64,000 nt of DNA from Candidatus Marinacidobacterales bacterium (lineage in GTDB: Bacteria > Acidobacteriota > Vicinamibacteria > Marinacidobacterales > DATDRI01). Positions within the stretch are counted from its first letter, which is position 1, and every line of letters begins with the position of its first letter. The stretch is taken from contig OZ245365.1 of NCBI GenBank assembly GCA_965226495.1, forward strand, positions 3,680,001-3,744,000. Direction: 5' to 3'. Made by a program: the position numbers and the translations under genes. The notes under the pieces were generated by a model that was given only the letters and a program-made list of their open reading frames with translations, had not been told where the DNA came from and made no database searches. This document shows, piece after piece, positions 27,437-36,153 of this stretch.

Positions 27437-29566
27437 TCATGAGAGAGCCAACCGAGACAACCGATTGGACCAAAGTGTCTCGAGGGCCAGGAGCACTAAT
27501 GCCGCCGCCAAAAGGTACCACCAGACTTGCTGGCGTCGAGCTTGCTCTGCCGGCGACCACTGTCCGCCGGATTGAGCGTTGTCCACCTCACTCGAGCTTA
27601 CGGCAGCCGCCACCTCTTCAGGATCGAGCGAAGACAAGTCGGACTCGGCGAGATTCAAATTCACCGCCAGAGTAACCGGCTCTGGCGACTGGCTCTTCAA
27701 GAAGCGGAACTCGTAAAACCCTTGTTCATCTAACGTCAGCAAACCTTGTTCCTCTTGCGACGAGAGAAAAGACTTTTCACCGGAGGGGGACATCGCAACC
27801 AGCTCCGCCGAAACCACCGCGCCGGCTTTAGCTTCCAAGACCGCGCCACCAACATTCGCCAACTCGAGTTGTCGCGACAGATCCAATACGTCACCCACCT
27901 CGTGCCAGGCGCTCGCTTCCGCGTAACCTGAGGCATGCTTGACCAGTTGATGGACGAATGGCAAGAACACGGGCTGTACCGCCAAATCGTTCCAAAAAGT
28001 GTCGAGCGTTGAGCTCCAGAGCAAGACTCTTCCATCTCCTATTCGCTTCTCGGCGAGGGCCACCTCCCCATCGTCGAACCGAGCCAGGATACCTTCGGTC
28101 AAGTCTCCCTCCCCGTTGCCTGCGAGAGGTCGATAGCGAAAGAACTTCGCGGGTGAGAAGTCTCCGCTGCGAGGAGCGCTGAAAAGCTCGAAGATCGGAT
28201 GGCCATAATTGAGGTAGGCTAACGTACCACCCCAGTCTGCCGACCTATCCACGGGAGCACCCCATGTCGCAGGCAAGAGCTCGCCGGCCGATCCCGTCCA
28301 TCCGTTGGCGCCACTGCCCTCGCCGAGCACCACCACCAAGCCCCCGCCCGATTCCACGAAATCGCGCAGCAAGCGGGCAGCCGCGGCATTGGGTTCTGGG
28401 ACATCGTTCAGGAAGACCACCGCGCGGCCGTTCAGGTCTTGCCGCGTGAGACTCGACGACTTCTTGACGTCCATTCGAAAAGCTGGGCGCTCACCGAGTG
28501 CCAGCACTCTGCCGAGATAAAGGTTTCGCCGCGCCCGAGCACTTGGTCCTTCCAATACCAGGATCGAAAGTGACTGGCCTGGCCAAATCACGAAGTGAAA
28601 GGCGTTGTCCTGGGGTAGTGCATCTTCTCCGGTTCGGACTGTCCCCCGAGAGACGCCGTCGGGGAGCGTGAACGGCTCGAAACTCACGGTGGCCGAGCTA
28701 TTGGGCTCCAGGTTCGTTCTCTTCTCCCGAAGCTCGCGGCCACCGAGCTCGAGGGAAACCGGAAGGTCAGAAACCGCCTCCGCACCCTTATTAATCAAAC
28801 GGGCCGTCACCACCATGCGTTCTCTCCCGGCACTTCCGGAGACCGACTCGCGCTCGAGCACGACCGTGGTCACTGCCACATTGGACGTTTCGGCCTCGGA
28901 CAGATCCACGGTATTGAGCTTCGTCCCGGGCGGAAGCACTACATCTTCATGCCCCTCCCAACCCACCCGCTGGAAGTCGCTGATCAGAGTCACTTCCTTC
29001 CGCGGCAGATTCGACTCATCGAGAAGCTTCTTCGCGAGTTTCAACGCCGGGCCGTAGCGGGTGCTCCTAAACCCCAAGCCGGCGGTGTCAATGAGGGAGT
29101 GGAGACGAGCTCGGTCCGAGGTGGCCTGGTTCGCGGTGATCGCTCGATCCGAAAAGAAGACCAACGTTGCTCGCTCGCGAGGCTCGATCTCGTCGACGAT
29201 GCGATGCGCGGCGTCAACCGCACGCGTCCATCGATCCTCGTAGCCCATACTGTAAGACCGATCCACAAGGATGACGACTTCCCGTGCGCCCATCAGCGAA
29301 GCGACGGCGCGGCCCGGCCGATCGAGAAACGGACGAGAAAAAGCCACAACCAAGAGCAACAGCGCAAGGCATCTCATTAAGAAGAGCAGCCAATGCTTGA
29401 TCTTCTGACGCCGCACTGAACGATACGGGATTCTGTTCAAGAACATCAGCGACGGAAACTCCACCACTTCCCGTTTTTCGCGATTCGTGAGATGGATGAT
29501 AACGGGAATGGCGAGCGCAACGACGCCGATCAGGAAAGCGGGGGTTAGAAAGCTCAGCCCGGTCAC
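27437..29566 (-). CDS. BatA-domain/VWA membrane protein with GATase-like domain
   Basis: N-terminal IPVIIHL..FPSLMFL double-TM motif, MIDAS DRSYS..T..SD, FVESGGGL, NL..AESDL, C-terminal WWYLL TM. Confidence 0.85.
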   Translation of the reverse strand: MTGLSFLTPAFLIGVVALAIPVIIHLTNREKREVVEFPSLMFLNRIPYRSVRRQKIKHWLLFLMRCLALLLLVVAFSRPFLDRPGRAVASLMGAREVVILVDRSYSMGYEDRWTRAVDAAHRIVDEIEPRERATLVFFSDRAITANQATSDRARLHSLIDTAGLGFRSTRYGPALKLAKKLLDESNLPRKEVTLISDFQRVGWEGHEDVVLPPGTKLNTVDLSEAETSNVAVTTVVLERESVSGSAGRERMVVTARLINKGAEAVSDLPVSLELGGRELREKRTNLEPNSSATVSFEPFTLPDGVSRGTVRTGEDALPQDNAFHFVIWPGQSLSILVLEGPSARARRNLYLGRVLALGERPAFRMDVKKSSSLTRQDLNGRAVVFLNDVPEPNAAAARLLRDFVESGGGLVVVLGEGSGANGWTGSAGELLPATWGAPVDRSADWGGTLAYLNYGHPIFELFSAPRSGDFSPAKFFRYRPLAGNGEGDLTEGILARFDDGEVALAEKRIGDGRVLLWSSTLDTFWNDLAVQPVFLPFVHQLVKHASGYAEASAWHEVGDVLDLSRQLELANVGGAVLEAKAGAVVSAELVAMSPSGEKSFLSSQEEQGLLTLDEQGFYEFRFLKSQSPEPVTLAVNLNLAESDLSSLDPEEVAAAVSSSEVDNAQSGGQWSPAEQARRQQVWWYLLAAALVLLALETLWSNRLSRLALS

Positions 29567-30486
29567 CGCACCCTGCTCAAACGTTGTCGATTCGACAGGT
29601 AATTGAAAAGGGCGTAGTCAAGAGGGGTCGAGGTATCGAAGAACGTGTAGTCGATGCGATTGTCACCAAGCCAGCGGGACAGCCGATCGATATGCTCCGC
29701 CACTAGTTTTCGATACTGCTCGCGCAAATACTCGGGTATGACTGGAATCGCCTCCTCGGTTTCCAAGTCCCGGTAATTAGCCACTTCGTCGAACGGAAAC
29801 TCGACCTCGGCGGGGTCCAAAACGTGAAAGACGATGAGGTCGTTTCCTTTGTACCGAAGGACCTTCACCGCATCCAACACCGCCTCCGGCTCCTCGTAGA
29901 AATCCGAGATGAGAACCATGATGCCGCGACGACGTACGGCTTCCGCAACCTTGGCCAGCGGTGGGCCCAAGGCTCCTCGGCGGCCGGCCTGCAAGCGATC
30001 GATCTTGTGCAGAACGACCTCGAGGTGCTTGGCGGATGGAGGTACGAAGTCCACGATGTCTTCGTCGAAGGTCACTAACCCTACCCGGTCTCGTTGTTTG
30101 TTCGAGAAGTAAGCGAGGCAGGCCGCCAGATAGCGAGCGTAGTCCAACTTCGTGATGCCACGGCTGCCAAACGTCATGGAGCGCGAGAGATCCAGAATGA
30201 GTGTGAAGCTGGTGTTGGTATCGGCTTCGAACTCCTTGACGTAAAACCGATCCGCGCGCGCGAAGAGCCGCCAGTCGATTCTCCGGATATCGTCACCCGG
30301 CATGTAGGCGCGATGTTCGGCGAAATCGACGGAGCGGCCGAGGTAAGGTGATCGGTGGAGCCCGCTGATGAATCCTTCGACGACTGTCCGCGCCAAAAGC
30401 TCCAGGTTGTCGATCTTCCCCAATATCTTGGGGTCCATGAAGCGGGCGGATGCTGTGGGCTCGGCGGTAATTCGCTTTCCTCGCAT
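29563..30486 (-). CDS. DUF58 domain protein
   Basis: GLHRSPYLGRSVDFAEHRAYMPGDDIRRIDWR, DLSRSM, ISDF. Confidence 0.93.
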   Translation of the reverse strand: MRGKRITAEPTASARFMDPKILGKIDNLELLARTVVEGFISGLHRSPYLGRSVDFAEHRAYMPGDDIRRIDWRLFARADRFYVKEFEADTNTSFTLILDLSRSMTFGSRGITKLDYARYLAACLAYFSNKQRDRVGLVTFDEDIVDFVPPSAKHLEVVLHKIDRLQAGRRGALGPPLAKVAEAVRRRGIMVLISDFYEEPEAVLDAVKVLRYKGNDLIVFHVLDPAEVEFPFDEVANYRDLETEEAIPVIPEYLREQYRKLVAEHIDRLSRWLGDNRIDYTFFDTSTPLDYALFNYLSNRQRLSRVR

Positions 30487-30542
30487 GACGTTTCTCTAAA
30501 CTCTCCTGGCTTCGCTCATTCCTTCAGGCGTTCCCGTCGCCT

Positions 30543-31571
30543 CTACATCTGAGACTTCGGGACCGATACCGCATCCAGCAACTGATCGATGATCTGGCTA
30601 GAGCTCACGCGCTCTGAATCAGCGTGGAAGTTGGTCAGCACGCGATGCCGGAACACAGGATGAACCAGCTGGCGGACGTCCTCGAAGCTCACATGGTAGC
30701 GTCCGTCCATCAGCGCCTTGGCCTTGCCTCCGAGAATGAGGTATTGCGCGGCGCGCACGCTGGCTCCGTACTCCACCCACTTCTTGATGAACTCCGGTGC
30801 TTCGGACTCTCCCGGCCTGCTGATGCGGGCCAGGTTCACCGCGTAACGCATGACCGGCTCCGACACCGGGACTTTTCGCACCAGTTTCTGAAACGCGACT
30901 ATGTCCTTGCCAGTTACAACCGGCTTGAAGTGCAAATCCTGCGGCGATGTCGTAGCTCGCACCACCTCGATCTCCTCTTCTTCCGGCAGATAGTCGATGA
31001 TGATGTCGAACATGAACCGATCCAGCTGCGCCTCGGGAAGCGGATAGGTCCCCTCGAGCTCGATAGGGTTCTGGGTGGCAAAGACGTAGAAGGGTTCTTC
31101 GAGCTTGTAGGTTCGCCCTTGGATGGTGACCTGGTGCTCTTGCATAGCCTCGAGCAAAGCGGACTGTGTCTTTGGTGGCGTTCGATTGATCTCGTCCGCC
31201 AGCACGATGTTGTTGAAAATCGGTCCGGGCATGAAGACGAGCTCCCGGCGTCCAGTTGCTGGGTCTTCTTGAATGATGTCCGTCCCCGTGATGTCTGACG
31301 GCATCAAGTCAGGCGTGAACTGGATACGCGCGAACTTCAAATCCAAGACCTGCGCCACGGTATGGACGATCAGGGTCTTGGCCAATCCGGGCACGCCGGT
31401 GATGATGCTGTTGCCACCGACGAAGAGCGAGAGCAACACCTGATCGATTACCTCATCCTGCCCGACGATCAGCTTTCGCAACTCGACGAGGATCTGCTCG
31501 CGAGCCTCCTTCAATTGATCCGCTAAGGCAATATCATCGGCCGACTCGAGCTCGACTCTTTCTTCTGCCAT
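30543..31571 (-). CDS. moxR: MoxR family AAA+ ATPase
   Basis: GVPGLAKT, RIQFTPDLMPSDITG, LADEINRTPPKTQSALLEAM, ATQNPIELEGTYPLPEAQLDRF. Confidence 0.96.
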   Translation of the reverse strand: MAEERVELESADDIALADQLKEAREQILVELRKLIVGQDEVIDQVLLSLFVGGNSIITGVPGLAKTLIVHTVAQVLDLKFARIQFTPDLMPSDITGTDIIQEDPATGRRELVFMPGPIFNNIVLADEINRTPPKTQSALLEAMQEHQVTIQGRTYKLEEPFYVFATQNPIELEGTYPLPEAQLDRFMFDIIIDYLPEEEEIEVVRATTSPQDLHFKPVVTGKDIVAFQKLVRKVPVSEPVMRYAVNLARISRPGESEAPEFIKKWVEYGASVRAAQYLILGGKAKALMDGRYHVSFEDVRQLVHPVFRHRVLTNFHADSERVSSSQIIDQLLDAVSVPKSQM

Positions 31572-31593
31572 CGAGACCTTTCCTTTCGTGGTG

Positions 31594-32352
31594 TTAGTGT
31601 GTCATTCCGTAGATGACGTAATTCACTCCCAACTTGTACGCCTCGTTCGAAAGCTCAATGGGGATCCATTCGGTATCCGACCACTCCCAGTAATCGCCGA
31701 TGTCATGGTTGTAGTTGGCGATCACCATCAGACGTTTCGATGGATCGTTATCCTCGAAGATGCCGTAGTAAACCGGTTTGACTTCTGGAAAGTTCGGATG
31801 CTCGAAGTCTAGCGTCTCGATGTGGAAGAAGGAGTCGAAGATGGGATGGGTAACCTCTAGCTGGACCAATTGGGCGCCCGGCAGCACCTGTCGAATCCCA
31901 GCCACGAACTGGTCCCAGTGCCACATCATAAAATCGTCGACCACGAGGAAGCCGCCTTTTTGCAGATAGACGCGTAGATTGGTCGCCTCCTCGTCGGTGA
32001 GCGTCCAGAAACCGACTTCGCATACGTAGGCCCAGGGATACTTGAATAGCTCGGGGTCATCCATGGCCAAGATGTTTCCACCGTGTGTGTTCGGATTGAG
32101 GTACGTCAGCTCGTTCAGCATCTTGGTGAAATGGCTCTCCCCTCTCGGGTAGTCGTGATTCCATTTCAGGTCCAATCCCCAAGCGTAATTCCCCGGCCCC
32201 CAGAAGGAAGGAGAAAAGCGTAACCGGATGAACGTGAACCGCCCGTTGTAGGGAACGTTGGTATAGGGCACATCGGGAGCATCGGCCAGGCCGGCAGAAA
32301 GTGGGATGGTGGCCATCACCAGCAGGACAGTGAGCAGCCAGAGGCGTCTCAT
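31594..32352 (-). CDS. Exported DUF4159-like protein
   Basis: Signal peptide; WNHDYP, YVCEVG, GGFLVVDDF, HPIF, DIGDYWEW, GVNYVIYGMTH. Confidence 0.82.
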   Translation of the reverse strand: MRRLWLLTVLLVMATIPLSAGLADAPDVPYTNVPYNGRFTFIRLRFSPSFWGPGNYAWGLDLKWNHDYPRGESHFTKMLNELTYLNPNTHGGNILAMDDPELFKYPWAYVCEVGFWTLTDEEATNLRVYLQKGGFLVVDDFMMWHWDQFVAGIRQVLPGAQLVQLEVTHPIFDSFFHIETLDFEHPNFPEVKPVYYGIFEDNDPSKRLMVIANYNHDIGDYWEWSDTEWIPIELSNEAYKLGVNYVIYGMTH

Positions 32353-35093
32353 CGCGTACCCCTCTCGGTCGTGGCGGTACCGACTCCACTGACTTCACTG
32401 GCTTCCGTGTCAGGCCGGCTCTCAATAAGGCTCAAGAGAAGCTCCTGCGCGGCACCGAAATTAGGGGCAATTTCGAGCGCTCGCAACACCTCCCGCTTCG
32501 CGGCCAAGCGGTCCCCAGCTTCGAAATGAGCGCGTGCCAGTTCATAAATCGCCTGCGCTCGGTCGACCCGCTCCAGTGCCACCACAGCCTCCCTCTCGCG
32601 TATGACAGCGTCCTCGCGACCGAGCTCTCGATGGAGATCGGCCAGCTTCTTGTGCGGCTCCATTTCGAACGGGTAGATGAACATCGCTTTTTCGAGCGCC
32701 TCGGCCGCCGCGGGCCGATCCCCCAAGGACTCCAGGATCTCCGCCAGCGTGAGGTGCGCTTCGTAGTGACTCTCATCAATCTGGGTCAGTGTGGCGAGCT
32801 CTTCCGCCGCTCGAGTGAAGTTTTCTTGCTTCTGATGAATCTGGGCAAGGTACCAATACGGGCTGTCGTTGCCCCCGTACTCCGGAAACAAAAGTTTCGC
32901 ATGCTCCAAATACGGCAGGGCTTCTTCGAACTGTCCCAATTCGAAAAGAGACTTCCCCATGGCCAGCTGTGCCGAGAAGTCCCTCGGGTCTTTCGCCACT
33001 CGGTTCTGAATCGCCTGGCGGGTTAGGACCTCCATACCGTTTTCTTCGGGGGGAGGCTTCACGGCGGTTAGCGGAACCGCGAAGCGCTCCTTCACGTAAG
33101 TGTCGAATTCCGCATCGAAGGCATCCAACTCTAAGCCCAGGACGGTCTGGAAAACTTCGTCGGCCCTCAGACCCTTCTTGTAACCTTCCAGCATCTCTAA
33201 AATCGCCCCGAAGCCATAATCGCGCACAATAAGCTCGAAGACCAGAGAGGCCTGGTAGTAGGAGTTACTGATCTGATGGGGGTAACTAGGCCGGATGAAA
33301 CCGTTGTTGAGCTCGGCAATCGGAAGCAATTCGCCCTTCTGTAGCGCGACCAAGAAGGGAATGCCGACATCGTCACCCCAGCCGGTCCGCGCGTGGTGCT
33401 CCTCGTACACGGAAAGCCCCTCCGATACCCATCGCGGGACCTTGTGGTCGGTCATTCCCAGCGTAACGGTATGAGCGAGCTCGTGCCAGAGGGTGGTACC
33501 CCAATTGAATCTTCCCTTCTCCCGCGCCGATGGAGAATCGATCGCGATCACCGGACCGAAACAGACCCCGAGGGCTCCCAAGCCCGCCAAACCGATGGTA
33601 CGGACCGAGAAATCGCCATGGGATGGATAGACTTCGATGCGAATGGGGGTCGGAGGTTTGTAACCATAGCGTTCTGCTAATGCGTCGTATGCCTCTTCGG
33701 CCAGAGCCATCACGTAGGGCGCGAGTAGATCCGACTCTTTGCCGTCGATGACGAACAGGAAGCGGGCGCTCTCCGTCTCCTTGTAGTTGGGGAAGGTGTC
33801 GAGAAGATCGAGCGTGTTCTTAATCCAAAGATTGAACGGATCGCCGGCGAAGGACCGTTCCAGATTCGCTCGTCCTCCCTCGATATCACCGAGGCGTAGC
33901 TGATTGAGGCCGAGTAGCCCGTAGCCACGCCAAGATTTCTCGTCGAGGAGGACGGCCTGGCGGGAAAAATCCACCGCCTCTTGATAGAGCCGGTTCCGCA
34001 CCGAGACCTCGGCCGCCGTGTTGTAGAAGTCGGCATAACCGGGATTGAGCTCGAGAACGCGGTCCCGTATTTCATTAAACTGTTGACTCTCCCCGCGGAG
34101 AAACCGCGCTGCCGCCAGTGTCGATAGGGCCTCCAGGTCGACCGGATTCACCTTTAACGCGCGTTCCGCCTCGTGGACCGCCTTCTGGTAGTCCTCGAGA
34201 CTGAGATAGAGCCACGCCAGAAACGCCCGGGCCGGCACGAAATTGGGGCTTATCTCCAGTGCTTTTTCGGTGAGAGGGAGGGCTTCCGGTGCTCCATCGA
34301 AATCCATCACCCGAGCCAATCCGAGTAGGGCGCGCGGGTGATTGGGATTCACCGCGAGCACTTTCTGAAAGATCTCCCGCGCCTCACCGGTGTTGTACTG
34401 CTGCCCGGTCCCGCCTTTCTCGAATAACAGTTGGCCCAGTGCGATCTGCACTTCGAGGTCTAGTGGGTCCGCTGCCACCGCTTCATCGAACGCTGTTAGG
34501 GCGCCTTGGAAATTGTCGTAGTTGTTTATCCCTAGGTATAGGCAAGCTGTGCCCACCGCGGTCAGGTCCGCCGAAGAGAGCTGCCCCTTTCTGCTCAGGT
34601 TGTAAACGTCGATGAACCGATCGAATCCTTGCATCGCCTCGGAACGTTTGCCTCGCCGGTAGTCGAGCACCGCCAGGTTGAGTGCGGCGGTGAGCGCATC
34701 GGAGGCTTTTCCGTCTATCGCTCGTTCGAACGCTTGTTGAGCGGCCACCACTTTCCCGGTTTCGTACAGAATCTCCCCGAGACTGTTCGAAAGCTCCACC
34801 GAGTCGGGGAAAACACGTGCGAACCGTCCGATCGTTTCCTCTGCATCGTCGTAACGCCCGGTGTCGCGTAGGGCCTGAATCAGGGCGCGACGGGCCAGCA
34901 CGTCGGCTTCCTTGCTCTCGAGGTGCCTGGTGAGAAGCTTGATGGCTTGCGAATAGTCGCCCTTTTGCAGAGCGGCGAGTCCATCCTCGAGTGCGTTGGC
35001 CCCTACCGGAGGAGCTCCCAGTGCGCCGGTGAGCATGACCGATAGGGCGAGTCCAGCGGTCATTTTCACTAGGCGTTTCATTGGGCGATTCAT
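32349..35093 (-). CDS. Exported TPR-repeat protein with a central gluzincin (MA-clan) metallopeptidase domain
   Basis: Signal peptide, many TPR-like repeats, HELAH followed by PRWVSEG, later YYQAS. Confidence 0.85.
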   Translation of the reverse strand: MNRPMKRLVKMTAGLALSVMLTGALGAPPVGANALEDGLAALQKGDYSQAIKLLTRHLESKEADVLARRALIQALRDTGRYDDAEETIGRFARVFPDSVELSNSLGEILYETGKVVAAQQAFERAIDGKASDALTAALNLAVLDYRRGKRSEAMQGFDRFIDVYNLSRKGQLSSADLTAVGTACLYLGINNYDNFQGALTAFDEAVAADPLDLEVQIALGQLLFEKGGTGQQYNTGEAREIFQKVLAVNPNHPRALLGLARVMDFDGAPEALPLTEKALEISPNFVPARAFLAWLYLSLEDYQKAVHEAERALKVNPVDLEALSTLAAARFLRGESQQFNEIRDRVLELNPGYADFYNTAAEVSVRNRLYQEAVDFSRQAVLLDEKSWRGYGLLGLNQLRLGDIEGGRANLERSFAGDPFNLWIKNTLDLLDTFPNYKETESARFLFVIDGKESDLLAPYVMALAEEAYDALAERYGYKPPTPIRIEVYPSHGDFSVRTIGLAGLGALGVCFGPVIAIDSPSAREKGRFNWGTTLWHELAHTVTLGMTDHKVPRWVSEGLSVYEEHHARTGWGDDVGIPFLVALQKGELLPIAELNNGFIRPSYPHQISNSYYQASLVFELIVRDYGFGAILEMLEGYKKGLRADEVFQTVLGLELDAFDAEFDTYVKERFAVPLTAVKPPPEENGMEVLTRQAIQNRVAKDPRDFSAQLAMGKSLFELGQFEEALPYLEHAKLLFPEYGGNDSPYWYLAQIHQKQENFTRAAEELATLTQIDESHYEAHLTLAEILESLGDRPAAAEALEKAMFIYPFEMEPHKKLADLHRELGREDAVIREREAVVALERVDRAQAIYELARAHFEAGDRLAAKREVLRALEIAPNFGAAQELLLSLIESRPDTEASEVSGVGTATTERGTR

Positions 35094-36115
35094 TGTGGCG
35101 GCTCCGCCATAGCACCGATCGCACGGTTCTTCCTCGCAAGCTCCACCAGCAGCTTCTCGAGCTCTTCGAAGTAAAGGTCGGAAACCATCGTTTGTTTTTG
35201 TAACTTCAACGCCTCGATCCGTTGCTCGAGGGCAAGTTTGTCCTTATAGAGCGCCACCAACTCGGGATCCGTTGGGACTCCGGCTTCCGAACCAGCGGCG
35301 CCGAGCATCGTACCGGGCTGCATGAAGGAAAACCTCGCTACCGCCCCATCCCCCGCTCGCTTTTCTGCCTCGAGGGGGCGCGGAGTACCTTTCTTGTCCC
35401 CGTCGTCGTCTAAAACAGCGTGCTCGGTCTGGAGCTGGTTGCCTTCCTCGTAGGCTTGCGCCACATGAAGACGCGCGTACTCGAACGCTTCCAAGACCGA
35501 CACCCGCTTGTCTTTGTCCACGTCTGCCGCATCGCCGGTAAAGGCCTCTATGAAGTACTTACCGAACAGGGTCTCGTTTCTTTCCATCCCAGATTTGGTA
35601 GCGGTCACAATGACCCGGTTCTCTCCGGACAGCGCCTGGACAAACTCCCCGCTCGCGCTCGCGGTATTGACGAAGACGATCTGTTGCGCGCCGAACCGTT
35701 CTAGTAGGCTCGAGAACTCACTGGCCGTAATGTCCGGCCCCGGAAGGTTGAACCGCGACTCTCCGGAACGGTAGCTACCGTGCCCAATGAGGATGATGAA
35801 AACCTGATCGTCGGGTTCCACCCGCCCCGCAATTTCCGTGAGCGCATTCTCGACGGCTTCTTTGGTAGACTTCCCCCGAATTCTTTCTGGATCCCGCTCG
35901 GGCTCTTCGCCCAAATACCAAATATCCTCTGCCGGCAGCCCGAACCGACTACTTGCCACTTCGAGGAGGGCAATCGAGGATTCGTAAAATTGATCGCGAT
36001 AGGCTGGCTCTCCTCCCAAGCCACTTACGATAAGAAGGTAGCTGCGACCCACTGATTGAGCGCTCACGACCGGGCCCACCGCCAGGGAAAGGACGGCGAT
36101 CACTAATACGCGCAT
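35090..36115 (-). CDS. Exported caspase/legumain-fold (clan CD, C13-like) protein with Ser at the catalytic Cys position
   Basis: ATG 36115 gives a signal peptide (VVSA-Q); IILIGHGS His-Gly motif; VFVNTASASG aligns with legumain-type VFYIEACESG; C-terminal coiled coil. Confidence 0.7.
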   Translation of the reverse strand: MRVLVIAVLSLAVGPVVSAQSVGRSYLLIVSGLGGEPAYRDQFYESSIALLEVASSRFGLPAEDIWYLGEEPERDPERIRGKSTKEAVENALTEIAGRVEPDDQVFIILIGHGSYRSGESRFNLPGPDITASEFSSLLERFGAQQIVFVNTASASGEFVQALSGENRVIVTATKSGMERNETLFGKYFIEAFTGDAADVDKDKRVSVLEAFEYARLHVAQAYEEGNQLQTEHAVLDDDGDKKGTPRPLEAEKRAGDGAVARFSFMQPGTMLGAAGSEAGVPTDPELVALYKDKLALEQRIEALKLQKQTMVSDLYFEELEKLLVELARKNRAIGAMAEPPQ

Positions 36116-36153
36116 AGGCGGCTTCAATTCACGTACATCTCGCGTAGCCTCGC

